Shown in pieces: positions 32,162-41,101 of a DNA stretch of 64,000 bases. Made by a program: the position numbers and the translations under genes. Within the stretch, counting starts at the first letter, position 1; the number at the start of each line of letters is the position of its first letter. This DNA is from an uncultured bacterium (GTDB lineage: Bacteria; Acidobacteriota; Thermoanaerobaculia; Multivoradales; JAHZIX01), in contig CBDUPA010000001.1 of assembly GCA_965368975.1 (NCBI GenBank), positions 96,001-160,000 on the forward strand. Direction: 5' to 3'. The notes under the pieces are model-generated. The model was not told the DNA's origin and did no database searches. It saw only the letters and a list, made by a program, of their open reading frames with translations.

Positions 32162-32230
32162 CAGGGCCGATTCCGGGAGTCGTGACAGCGTTCATTCATC
32201 CAATGCATTCCTTCGGGAGGGATCGACTCC

Positions 32231-34681
32231 ATGGAAACCCTACTCCAGGACCTTCGCTTCACCTGGCGCCAGCAGCTGCGCAATCCGGCCTTCTTCTTGG
32301 TGGCCGTCCTGACCCTGGCTCTCGGAATTGGCGCGACGACCGCCATCTTCACCGTCGTCAACGCCATCATCCTGCGGCCCCTGCCGTATCCGCAGCCCGA
32401 CCGACTGGTCCAGGTCTACGAGGAACATCCTGGGCGAGGTTTGCAGTACTTCTCGGTCTCGGCGGCCAACTACGCCGACTGGCGAAGGTTGAACGATTCG
32501 TTCGAGTCGATGGCCGCGTACTCGCTCTACGACAAGAACGGCTTCACTCTCACGAGCGGTGAGCAGCCCGAGCCGGTCGTCAGTGTCGGGGTTACCGGCG
32601 AGTTCTTCCAGCTCTTCGGCGTGGCCCCTCTACTCGGGCGCACCTTTGTTCCGGAAGAAGATCGTCCGGGCAACGACCGCGTCACGGTGCTGGCGTACGA
32701 TTTCTGGCAGCGTCGTTTCGGTGGCGATCCCGATGTTGTGAACAACCGGGTCGAGCTGGACCGCGAAAGCTACGAAGTGATCGGCATCATGCCGGCTCAG
32801 TTCCGTTTTCCCGCCGCACCTGAGGTCGATCTCTGGGTGCCCTTGGGGTTGCCGCCGGAGGCCTGGCAGAGCCGGACAATCCGGCCGCTCAACGTCCAGG
32901 CACGCCTCAAGGTGGGGGTCTCGTTGTCGCAAGCGCGGCAGGAGATGAAGCGCATCGCTGACAACCTGCGAACCCAGTACCCCGCTGCCAATGAAGGGTT
33001 CACCGCCGACGTCTATCGCATGCAAGACCGCATGGTGAGCAATGCGAGGACGCTACTGTTGGTGCTTGCCGGTAGTGTCGTGCTGGTGCTGTTGATCGCC
33101 TGCGTCAACGTCGCGAACTTGCTGCTCGCACGTGGAGCGGTACGGCAACGGGAGCTTGGATTGCGCTTGGCACTGGGAGCCGGCGTCCGTCGCCTGCTAC
33201 GGCAGCTGCTCACGGAAGGCGTCGTGCTGGCTCTGTGCGGCGGTTTGCTGGGGTTGATGCTGGCGCATGTGTTGGTGCGCTTGATGGTCACCCGTACCGG
33301 GGCCTACCTGCCGCGTGCCGACGAAATCGCGATCGATCCCACGGTTCTGCTCTTTGCGCTGCTGCTGGCCCTGGTCACCGGTGTCGTGTTCAGTCTTGTA
33401 CCGGCGCTACAGACGGTGATGGCCATCCGGCTCACCGAAGTCGTGGGCGAAGGAGGTCGCAGCGGTACATCTGGGCGCTCGCAGGCCTGGTTGCGCAAGG
33501 GCCTGGTGATCGTCGAGTTGACCCTTGCCCTGGTGCTCTTGATCGGTGCCAGCCTCATGTTGCGCAGCTTTGGCCAGTTGCAGCAGGTCGATCCTGGCTT
33601 CGAGCCCGATTCCATCCTGTCGTTCCAGATCACCTTGCCAGGAGCCAAGTATCGCAGCCCGAGCGAGCAGAACTCCTTTGTTCGACAACTCGTCGAGCGG
33701 CTAGAAGGCCTGCCCGGCGTCGAGCGCGCTGCGACGATCAATCGTCTGCCCTTGAGCAGCCTGCCCTTCCTCTGGGACTTCTTCGAAGAGGGCTCGCCAC
33801 CGGCCTCCCTCGATCAGGTGCAGCTGGCAGACTTTCGAAATGCTTCCTCGGCCTACTTCGAGGCTCTCGGAATCCCCGTGGTGCAGGGCCGCGGCTTCAG
33901 CGATCAAGATCGCGAGGGAGCGGTGCCGGTGCTCGTGATCAACGAGGCGATGCAGCGTCAGTTCTGGCCTGATGGAGCCGTTCTCGGTAAGCGGCTGGAG
34001 ATCGGCAACCTGGTGGCCGAGCAGCTGCCTGGCTTACCGATGACTGTCGAGATCGTCGGTGTGGTGGGTGATGTGCACCAGTTCCAGCTCAGTCAGCCAC
34101 CGACTCCACTGATGTACCTGCCCTTCGAGCAGTACCCGTTCGCCACCTTCTTTGTGGCCCTGGAAACCCGCGGTGCTCCGAAGCAGGCATTGTCCGCGGT
34201 GCGCGGCGCAGTGCGTGAACTCGATCCATTCGTGCCGCTGTCCGACGTGCAGACCCTGGAAGAGCGGGTCGACGGTTCCATCTCAGGGCAGCGCCTGGGG
34301 ATCTATCTCCTGGGAGGATTTGCGGCGGTGGCCTTGTTCCTGGCCGCGGTCGGCATCTACGGCGTGATTTCCTACTCGGTGGCGCAGCGCACGAAAGAAA
34401 TGGGAATCCGCACGGCCCTCGGTGCTGAACCTGCCGGTCTAACGCGCCTTGTCGTGGGGCAAGGGTTGCGGCTGGCGGCCTACGGCCTGGGCTTGGGCCT
34501 GCTCCTGGCTGCCGTGGCCAGCGGTCTGTTGCGCAGCTTGCTGTTCGGCGTCAGTGGCTTCGATCCTCTGGCTTTCGCGGCCAGTGCACTGATCCTGGCC
34601 GCGGTCGCAGCACTCGCCTGTCTGGTACCGGCGCTGAGAGCGGCCCGCGTCGACCCGATGGTCGCGCTGCGCTCGGAGTGA
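32231..34681 (+). CDS. ABC transporter permease, duplicated MacB/FtsX type (ADOP-like)
   Basis: METLLQDLRF...LTLALGIGATTAIFTVVN, LLIACVNVANLLLARG..RQRELGLRLALGAG, second half QRTKEMGIRTALGA, C-terminus ARVDPMVALRSE. 816 aa. RBS GGGAGG. Confidence 0.92.
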   Translation: METLLQDLRFTWRQQLRNPAFFLVAVLTLALGIGATTAIFTVVNAIILRPLPYPQPDRLVQVYEEHPGRGLQYFSVSAANYADWRRLNDSFESMAAYSLYDKNGFTLTSGEQPEPVVSVGVTGEFFQLFGVAPLLGRTFVPEEDRPGNDRVTVLAYDFWQRRFGGDPDVVNNRVELDRESYEVIGIMPAQFRFPAAPEVDLWVPLGLPPEAWQSRTIRPLNVQARLKVGVSLSQARQEMKRIADNLRTQYPAANEGFTADVYRMQDRMVSNARTLLLVLAGSVVLVLLIACVNVANLLLARGAVRQRELGLRLALGAGVRRLLRQLLTEGVVLALCGGLLGLMLAHVLVRLMVTRTGAYLPRADEIAIDPTVLLFALLLALVTGVVFSLVPALQTVMAIRLTEVVGEGGRSGTSGRSQAWLRKGLVIVELTLALVLLIGASLMLRSFGQLQQVDPGFEPDSILSFQITLPGAKYRSPSEQNSFVRQLVERLEGLPGVERAATINRLPLSSLPFLWDFFEEGSPPASLDQVQLADFRNASSAYFEALGIPVVQGRGFSDQDREGAVPVLVINEAMQRQFWPDGAVLGKRLEIGNLVAEQLPGLPMTVEIVGVVGDVHQFQLSQPPTPLMYLPFEQYPFATFFVALETRGAPKQALSAVRGAVRELDPFVPLSDVQTLEERVDGSISGQRLGIYLLGGFAAVALFLAAVGIYGVISYSVAQRTKEMGIRTALGAEPAGLTRLVVGQGLRLAAYGLGLGLLLAAVASGLLRSLLFGVSGFDPLAFAASALILAAVAALACLVPALRAARVDPMVALRSE

Positions 34682-34890
34682 TGTCCAGCATGACACGTTC
34701 GACACTTCCTGCTATCATGCTCAACGCAAGGAATATGATGGTGACATTGCTATATCCAAACCCACCTTCCGCACGGCCGAGAGAGCACGCGAAGCCTCTC
34801 TCGGAGCGCTGGCATCAGGCGGAAGAGTACCGGCATCGAATGCATCCGCATTCCATGCCCACGGCTCGCTTCAAGGAGTGAGCGCAGACT

Positions 34891-35694
34891 GTGCCTGCAG
34901 CTCGAAGCGTCATGAAACCCAAGCGTCAAGACGAAGAGTTCTGCAAGCACACGTTCCACTCCTTTCTCGCCGATTTCTATCGCACCGACACTCTGTGCTG
35001 GGAAGCGGTCTCCCCCTGCCAGGAGCCGCCGGACTACTACCTGCGTATCCGCAATCAGCGCTACGCTGTTGAAGTGACGACGGTGATGGAACCGCCGTCG
35101 CCGAACCACTGGCAAGCGCCCGCGGCGGAGGAGTCACGGCTCTATCGCCTGGTCAAGCGGGTCGAGCGTCAGGCCGAACAGCGCGGTGTCATGCAAGGTG
35201 CCTATGTCGTCGAGGCTGGGCCGGTCGACAACTTTGGTTCCTGCCAGCGCAAGTTGCACCAAGCCTTGCACGAGTACATCTGGCGCACCCGCGAGCCGGT
35301 GGAAGCCCCACGCGTCGTGCTGCACCGCAGCCGGCGCAGCGAGTGGGCGATCCGCAAGTACGCGCGCTATCGCAACGTGATCAAGCTGGTGGCTCCCAGA
35401 GGTCTGGGCGACCACTGGCGCGACGAAGTGTGCTGCCGGCTACGCGAGCGCATCGAGGAGCGCCTCGATACCAAAGCCAAGAAACTGCAGAGCTTGTCAC
35501 TGCCGGTCATCTTGCTGCTTTTCGACCAGTACCACTACGCCCGCGGGTCCGCCTGGACCGAAGCCAGTTCAGCTCTCGATCTCGACCAATTCCACACCGT
35601 CGTGCGTATCTCCGATGGTGGCCGAGCTCAGATCCTGGCCTCGGCGCGATCGGATTGGAGTGGTGCAGGTCTGAGTGCTTGCGCGGGAGGGTGA
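34891..35694 (+). CDS. Hypothetical protein with PD-(D/E)xK-like N-terminal motif (start 34891 or 34912)
   Basis: 267-aa ORF filling the intergenic space. Motif EPPDYYLRIRNQRYAVEVT. Confidence 0.6.
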   Translation: MPAARSVMKPKRQDEEFCKHTFHSFLADFYRTDTLCWEAVSPCQEPPDYYLRIRNQRYAVEVTTVMEPPSPNHWQAPAAEESRLYRLVKRVERQAEQRGVMQGAYVVEAGPVDNFGSCQRKLHQALHEYIWRTREPVEAPRVVLHRSRRSEWAIRKYARYRNVIKLVAPRGLGDHWRDEVCCRLRERIEERLDTKAKKLQSLSLPVILLLFDQYHYARGSAWTEASSALDLDQFHTVVRISDGGRAQILASARSDWSGAGLSACAGG

Positions 35695-35697
35695 GCG

Positions 35698-35955
35698 TCA
35701 GGTCTTGTCCGAGCCCGTATGCGGACAGCGCGGATCGATGCTGTGGGTGGGCTCTTCGAGCGTTTTAGTTGCAGGCGCGGCCGCAGGCGCGGTGCTCGGG
35801 GAGGTCTCGGGTTGTTGTGCCGGAGCTTCCGCGACGGGTACGTCCGATGGCAGGCCGGCGTCGGCTTCAGCGGGTGTCCAGGGCGTGATGTACCAGGAGA
35901 ACGCGACGGCCGCGACGGCGAGCAGGGCCATGATGTAGGAAAAGCGGTCGGACAT
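35698..35955 (-). CDS. Small membrane-anchored hypothetical protein (85 aa)
   Basis: ATG 35955 preceded by GGAG. Hydrophobic segment YIMALLAVAAVAFSWYI followed by a Pro/Ala-rich tail. Confidence 0.55.
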   Translation of the reverse strand: MSDRFSYIMALLAVAAVAFSWYITPWTPAEADAGLPSDVPVAEAPAQQPETSPSTAPAAAPATKTLEEPTHSIDPRCPHTGSDKT

Positions 35956-36046
35956 GGTGGGCGTCTCCGTCGGCGAGGGGTGGCAGGGGCCGGTGGTGGG
36001 CCCGGCGGTGTTGCCAGTGATACGCAGACGGAGCGCCGGGGTTGCG

Positions 36047-36757
36047 TCAAGCGGGATGTGACGCCGGCTCTTCCATCGGCACCAAGAGTAGCCGCAAGTC
36101 GAGCAGAGCGTGCAGGAGGATGGGCAACCACAGGCTTCCGGTGGCGAAGAAGAGGAAAGCGAAGAGGAGGCCGGCGCCGGCGGTCGAGAGGATGCCGACG
36201 ACTCCCTGGTAACCATGAGCCAGGCTGAAAATGCCGGCTGCCAGCACGATGCTCCACGGTAGGCCGAGAGAGCCACCGCCCAAGGACAGGTCGTCCAGGT
36301 AGCGGATGAGGAAGCTGCGGTAGACGATCTCCTCGCAGATGGCGGCGCTCAGGGAGACGGCAATCCACCAGCGGCGTTCGCGCAGGGTGACGGGTAGGAA
36401 GAAGCTGGTCTTGTCCATCTGCTGACGGATGGTTTGACGTAACTCGGCGTTGCCGCGCGCCTGCAAGAACGGAGTGCCGAGCACCGCCAGGACGACCAAG
36501 CCGAGTCCCCAGGCCCAACCGGCAGACGGGAGCCAGGAGCCGATGCGCTCCGGCTCGGGAGGTTGGGTCAGGCTGGAGAACGGCGTGGCGAGGCAGGCCA
36601 GGACCGTCAGGCCCCAAAGGACGGCGATGACGCGTTGATAGCTGCCGACCTTCGCCTGCGGGTTCTTGGAGCGCTTGAGGTGGCGAGTTTCGAAGTAGTC
36701 CCACACCGGCATGGCGATCGTCAGCAGCAGGAGCAACAAGTGGGGTAGGGTGCTCAT
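36047..36757 (-). CDS. CPBP (CAAX protease/Abi) family intramembrane metalloprotease
   Basis: Motifs EEIVYRS, FSLAHGYQ, HALLD. Multiple TM segments. ATG 36757 after AAGGAG. Confidence 0.88.
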   Translation of the reverse strand: MSTLPHLLLLLLTIAMPVWDYFETRHLKRSKNPQAKVGSYQRVIAVLWGLTVLACLATPFSSLTQPPEPERIGSWLPSAGWAWGLGLVVLAVLGTPFLQARGNAELRQTIRQQMDKTSFFLPVTLRERRWWIAVSLSAAICEEIVYRSFLIRYLDDLSLGGGSLGLPWSIVLAAGIFSLAHGYQGVVGILSTAGAGLLFAFLFFATGSLWLPILLHALLDLRLLLVPMEEPASHPA

Positions 36758-36767
36758 GGGTTCTCCT

Positions 36768-38276
36768 TCAAGGTGTCTGCAGCTTCCAGGCCTTGGGCAG
36801 CCAGCTCTCGACCTCACCAGTCGCGGCGCGGTAGAGCCCGACGCCGACCATGGCGCTGTGGGTGCTGCTGTCGCCGCGGGTGAAGGTGTCGCGCAGCAGC
36901 ACTTGGCCGGGGAGAATCGCGCGCCGCTGAGTCTCGCTGATCTGGAACGTTTCTTTACGGAGATACCGCTGTGTTTGTTCCGGTTCCAGGTCGAGGACGT
37001 TGCGCGTTGCGGCATGGCCCAGGGACAGCACCATGCCGGTGGTCGGCTTGGGCCACTTCATGTGCACGTGCAGGAAGGGCATGCCGACGGCGTGCAGCTT
37101 GAGGCGACTGGGCGGGCGCAGATCACGCGTGGTGTAGCTGAGGAAGCGCTTGGCGGTCTGGAAGATCAGGAAGTCGTCGAAGGTCTCGGGCGGGATGTCG
37201 AAGTGGTTGATGTACGGCGCCAGGTGCGGCACCGCATCGACCACGGGTAGGCGGTCTACCGGATCGGCTTCGCCGGCCGGTTCGACGACCTCGTCGTCGC
37301 CGAAGTAGCCGGTCGGGGCCTTTTTCTCTAGCAACGCGACGTAGAAGCCGCCGGTGTTGTTGTGGTGCGGCCAGACGCGCAGCGTGCGTTGCAATTCGGG
37401 GTCGATCACTTCGCCCTGCCACTGGCCCAGACCGGGGGAGCCGTGCAGCCCCTCGACGCGCGCCGGCAGCACTTCCAGGCTCCCCGGGATGGCCTGGCGC
37501 AGCACCGCCTGGACGACCAGCTCGTTCTCCTCTGGCGCGTAGGTGCAGGTGGCGTAGGCGATGCGGCCACCGACTTTGCAGGCGGCGACGGCGCGGCGCA
37601 GGGTTCCGGTCTGGACGTCGCTCAGGCGCCCGGGAGGCATGCCGCTGCCGTCGACCGATGTCGGATGCTTGCGTGACGTGCCCTCGCAGCCGCAGGGGAC
37701 GTCGGCGAGCACGCGGTCGTAGGACTGCGGCGGTAGCTGCAGGCCGGTGGCGTCGTAGAGCAGGGCGGCGCAGTTGATCACGCCCAGACGTTCGAGGTTG
37801 GCGCGCAGCACGCCGATGCGTCCGAGGGAGCGCTCGTTGGCCACCACCGTGCCGGCGCGTCCGACCGCCAGACCGAGCTGGGCGGTCTTGTTGCCGGGGG
37901 CGGCGCACAGGTCGAGCACGCGCTCGCCGGGCTGAGGATCGAGCAGGTGGACCGGCAGCAACGAGACCTCTTCCTGCACGTGGTAGAGCCCGGCGACGTA
38001 CTCCAGCCGGCTACCGGGGCGGAAGTTGGCATCCAGGCGTAGAGCGTCAGGGTGCCAAGGCAGGCGACGGGCACGGATGCCGTCGGCCGCCAGGCGCTGC
38101 CGCAGGGTTTCGGCATCGATGCGCTCCGGGTGCGCCCAGACGGTGACCGGCAGGGGAGTGACGGCGGTCTCCAGGAAGGCGCGTGGATCGTCGACGATGT
38201 CGAGATAGCGCTCGAGGGCGACTGGGCGTGGGGGCGGCTCGGTGGTGGCGGCTGTTGGAGGAAATGCTTCGATCAT
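36768..38276 (-). CDS. RsmB/NOP2/RsmF-family RNA cytosine-C5 methyltransferase
   Basis: YHVQE, VLDLCAAPGNKT, DVPCGCEG (PC motif), YATCTYAPEENE (TC motif). Confidence 0.9.
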   Translation of the reverse strand: MIEAFPPTAATTEPPPRPVALERYLDIVDDPRAFLETAVTPLPVTVWAHPERIDAETLRQRLAADGIRARRLPWHPDALRLDANFRPGSRLEYVAGLYHVQEEVSLLPVHLLDPQPGERVLDLCAAPGNKTAQLGLAVGRAGTVVANERSLGRIGVLRANLERLGVINCAALLYDATGLQLPPQSYDRVLADVPCGCEGTSRKHPTSVDGSGMPPGRLSDVQTGTLRRAVAACKVGGRIAYATCTYAPEENELVVQAVLRQAIPGSLEVLPARVEGLHGSPGLGQWQGEVIDPELQRTLRVWPHHNNTGGFYVALLEKKAPTGYFGDDEVVEPAGEADPVDRLPVVDAVPHLAPYINHFDIPPETFDDFLIFQTAKRFLSYTTRDLRPPSRLKLHAVGMPFLHVHMKWPKPTTGMVLSLGHAATRNVLDLEPEQTQRYLRKETFQISETQRRAILPGQVLLRDTFTRGDSSTHSAMVGVGLYRAATGEVESWLPKAWKLQTP

Positions 38277-38371
38277 GGTCGGCCGATACTCTCGCAAAGT
38301 CCGTCCCGGCGCCAGCACGTGAGTTCAGGGGAGGCGAAGTCGGAGCTGCGGCGGTGGTATCCTTGGGCTCA

Positions 38372-41101
38372 ATGGCCAACTCGCGTGACGCTCCTCCTCC
38401 CGAGCCTGCAGCGTCCGAGCGTCCGGAAGTCGAACCGACGACGCCGGAGCGCACCAGCTCGACCACCACTCTGCCGCTCGTCGGCCGGCAGCGGGTGATG
38501 CTCGGTGAGCAAGGACGGCTCGGCGGCCGAGCAGACGAGGGGCCGACCGGCTCCCTGCACCGGCGTCTCGAAGAGCGTCTGGCGCAGGAGCCGACGCCGA
38601 TACTCTGGCGCATGTCCGGCGACGGTCAGGCCGAGCGGGTACCCGAGCAGATCGGTCCGTACCGGATCGTCAGCCTGCTCGGCGAAGGCGGCATGGGGAC
38701 GGTCTACCTGGCCGAGCAGACCGAGCCGATCCGCCGCCAGGTCGCGATCAAGCTGATCCATCCCAACCTCATGGGACGCCAGGCGGTGTTGCGCTTCGAG
38801 GCCGAGCGGCAAGCGTTGGCCCGCATGCAGCACCCCAACATCGCCCAGGTGTTCGACGCCGGCACTACCGAGGACGGCTGTCCCTTCGTGGTCATGGAGG
38901 CACTCCAGGGCGAGCCCGTGACGGGCTACTGTGACCGTCGCAAGCTCGACCTACAGCAACGCCTGGACGTCTTCCGCCAGGTTTGCGCCGGTGTCCAGCA
39001 CGCGCACCAGAAGGGTGTGCTGCACCGCGATCTGAAGCCCTCCAACGTGTTGGTCGAAGAAGCCGACGACGGCCGGCCGCGGGTCAAGATCATCGACTTC
39101 GGTGTCGCCAAAGCGCTCGACGACCCACTGGTCGACGCTACCCAGCTGACCGGCGACCGCGTGGTCGGCACGCCGGCCTACCTGAGTCCAGAGTCGATCG
39201 ATATGCCCGAGCAGGGTGCCGACGTGCGTGCGGACGTCTATGCGCTCGGCGTCATTCTCTACCAGTTGCTCTGTGGCTGCCGGCCGTTCGAGCGCACTGC
39301 CGAAGGGCACGTCGAGTTTCTGTGGCGGATCGTCAAGGAGGAACCCAGGCGGCCGAGCGAGCGCTTCACGGCGTGCAGCCCCGAGCAGCAGGTACGCCTG
39401 GCGGCGGCGCGCGGCGAGGACGTGCGCGGCCTGCAGCGGCGGCTCGGACGGGAGCTCGACTGGGTGGCGATCAAGACCATCGCCAAAGAGCGCGAGCAGC
39501 GCTACGCTTCGGTGTCGGATCTCGATGCCGATATCGCCCGCTACCTGCGCGACGACCCCGTAGTCGCCGGTTCGCCGGGGCGTCTCTACCGCCTCGGCAA
39601 GCTGGTGCGGCGGCACAGGCTACTGGTTGCAGCGGCAGTGCTCTTGGTACTGACGCTGGTCGGTGGCATTGTCGCACGCACCTTGGAGGCGCAGCGCGCC
39701 AACCGCGAAGCGGCGGCGGCACGGCAGGCGGAAGAGGAAGCGCGCCGGGCCGAGGAGGAGACGCGCCAGGTGGTGAACTTCCTGACCGACATGTTCGAGG
39801 TCGCCGACCCGTCGCGCCGCACCCCCGAGCAACCGGTGACCGCGCGCGAGGTCCTGGATCGGGCGTCGCGCACCATTGACACCGACCTGCAGGATCAGCC
39901 GCGCGTGCGCCTCCGACTGCTGGCCACGCTTGCCGACGTCTACACCAGCCTCGGCGTCTCGGATCGGGCGCTGGAGCTGACCGAGTCGGCACTGGCCCTG
40001 GCCAGCGAGCGGTTCGATGCGCCGCAACCCGAGTACGCGCGCCTGGTGCAGGTGCATGCCATCGCCCTTTGGCAGCAAGGCCGGATCGAGGATGCCGAAG
40101 CCGCGTTCGAGGACTTTCTGCGCCTGGGCGAGGCGAGCCAGGATGAGCACGAGCTGGCCGATGCGCTGATGAACTTCGCCACCTTCTACTCGAACCAAGG
40201 ACAGTTCGAGCAGGCTGAGGAGATGTTCCGTCGTGGCTGGCAGCTGGAGGCCCGGAACGTCCCCGGAGGCGTCTTGCGCCACGTACGCCACATCTCCAAC
40301 TTCGGTGGTGTCCTGGCCCGCCGCGGCAAGCTCGATGAAGCGACCACAGTGCTCAGCGATGGCATCAGCTTCGCGGAACAACACCTGCGCCCCAATCACC
40401 CCCTGGTCGCGGCGCTCGCCAACAACCTTGGCAACGCCTACCTGACACTAGGCGATCTCGACGCCGCGATACCGCTCTACAAGCGAGCTATCGAGATCCG
40501 CGAAGAGCAACTAGGTCCCGAGGACATCTCCCTGGCTTCGACGCTCAGTAACCTGGCCAGCGCGCTGACCCGCTCAGAACGGTTCCAGGAAGCCGAGACC
40601 ATCTTTCGTCGCTCCCTCGCCATCCGCGAAGCTCACTTGGGGCCGGACCATCCTCGGGTCGCCTGGCTCTACCGTAACCTGGCGTCCAACCTCAACAACC
40701 AGGGGCGGACGGACGAAGCCGAGAGCCTTGGTCGCGAAGTGCTCGCCCGCATGCGCCGGGCGCTCGGTGAGGATCACACCGAGGTCGCGCAGTCCTGGCA
40801 TTTTCTCTGTATTGTCAAGCGCGAGAGTGGCGATCCGGTGGCGGCCGAGCCGCTGTGCCGCCGGGCGATCGAGATTCAGGAGGCGGTGCCGGGTGGCGAG
40901 AGCCCTCAGCTGGGACGCATGTGGCGCGAACTGGCCTGGACCTACGAGGATCTTGGGCGTGCCGAAGAGAGGCACGAGGCGCTGCTGCAATGTGAGGCGA
41001 TCTTTGCCCGTCATTTCCCCGAGGGCCATCCCGAGCTGACTGCGCTGCGTGAGGGACTGAACGTCCGTGAGGAGATGGGCGAGTTGGGGGCGGGGCCTTG
41101 A
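38372..41101 (+). CDS. Membrane Ser/Thr protein kinase with C-terminal TPR repeats (paralog 1; start uncertain)
   Basis: LGEGGMGTVYLA, VAIKLI, HRDLKPSN, IIDFG, GTPAYLSPE. TM LLVAAAVLLVLTLVGGIVA. TPRs such as HPLVAALANNLGNAY...AIEIREEQLG. Confidence 0.92.
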   Translation: MANSRDAPPPEPAASERPEVEPTTPERTSSTTTLPLVGRQRVMLGEQGRLGGRADEGPTGSLHRRLEERLAQEPTPILWRMSGDGQAERVPEQIGPYRIVSLLGEGGMGTVYLAEQTEPIRRQVAIKLIHPNLMGRQAVLRFEAERQALARMQHPNIAQVFDAGTTEDGCPFVVMEALQGEPVTGYCDRRKLDLQQRLDVFRQVCAGVQHAHQKGVLHRDLKPSNVLVEEADDGRPRVKIIDFGVAKALDDPLVDATQLTGDRVVGTPAYLSPESIDMPEQGADVRADVYALGVILYQLLCGCRPFERTAEGHVEFLWRIVKEEPRRPSERFTACSPEQQVRLAAARGEDVRGLQRRLGRELDWVAIKTIAKEREQRYASVSDLDADIARYLRDDPVVAGSPGRLYRLGKLVRRHRLLVAAAVLLVLTLVGGIVARTLEAQRANREAAAARQAEEEARRAEEETRQVVNFLTDMFEVADPSRRTPEQPVTAREVLDRASRTIDTDLQDQPRVRLRLLATLADVYTSLGVSDRALELTESALALASERFDAPQPEYARLVQVHAIALWQQGRIEDAEAAFEDFLRLGEASQDEHELADALMNFATFYSNQGQFEQAEEMFRRGWQLEARNVPGGVLRHVRHISNFGGVLARRGKLDEATTVLSDGISFAEQHLRPNHPLVAALANNLGNAYLTLGDLDAAIPLYKRAIEIREEQLGPEDISLASTLSNLASALTRSERFQEAETIFRRSLAIREAHLGPDHPRVAWLYRNLASNLNNQGRTDEAESLGREVLARMRRALGEDHTEVAQSWHFLCIVKRESGDPVAAEPLCRRAIEIQEAVPGGESPQLGRMWRELAWTYEDLGRAEERHEALLQCEAIFARHFPEGHPELTALREGLNVREEMGELGAGP

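Noticed and set aside
34678-34881. 67-aa ORF after the permease
   Set aside because: No RBS or recognisable motif. More likely a promoter-containing spacer.
36047-36757. CPBP protease as an immunity or RiPP-processing gene for the cluster or the adjacent small ORF
   Set aside because: It lies closely downstream of the RNA methyltransferase, and no RiPP modification enzymes are nearby.
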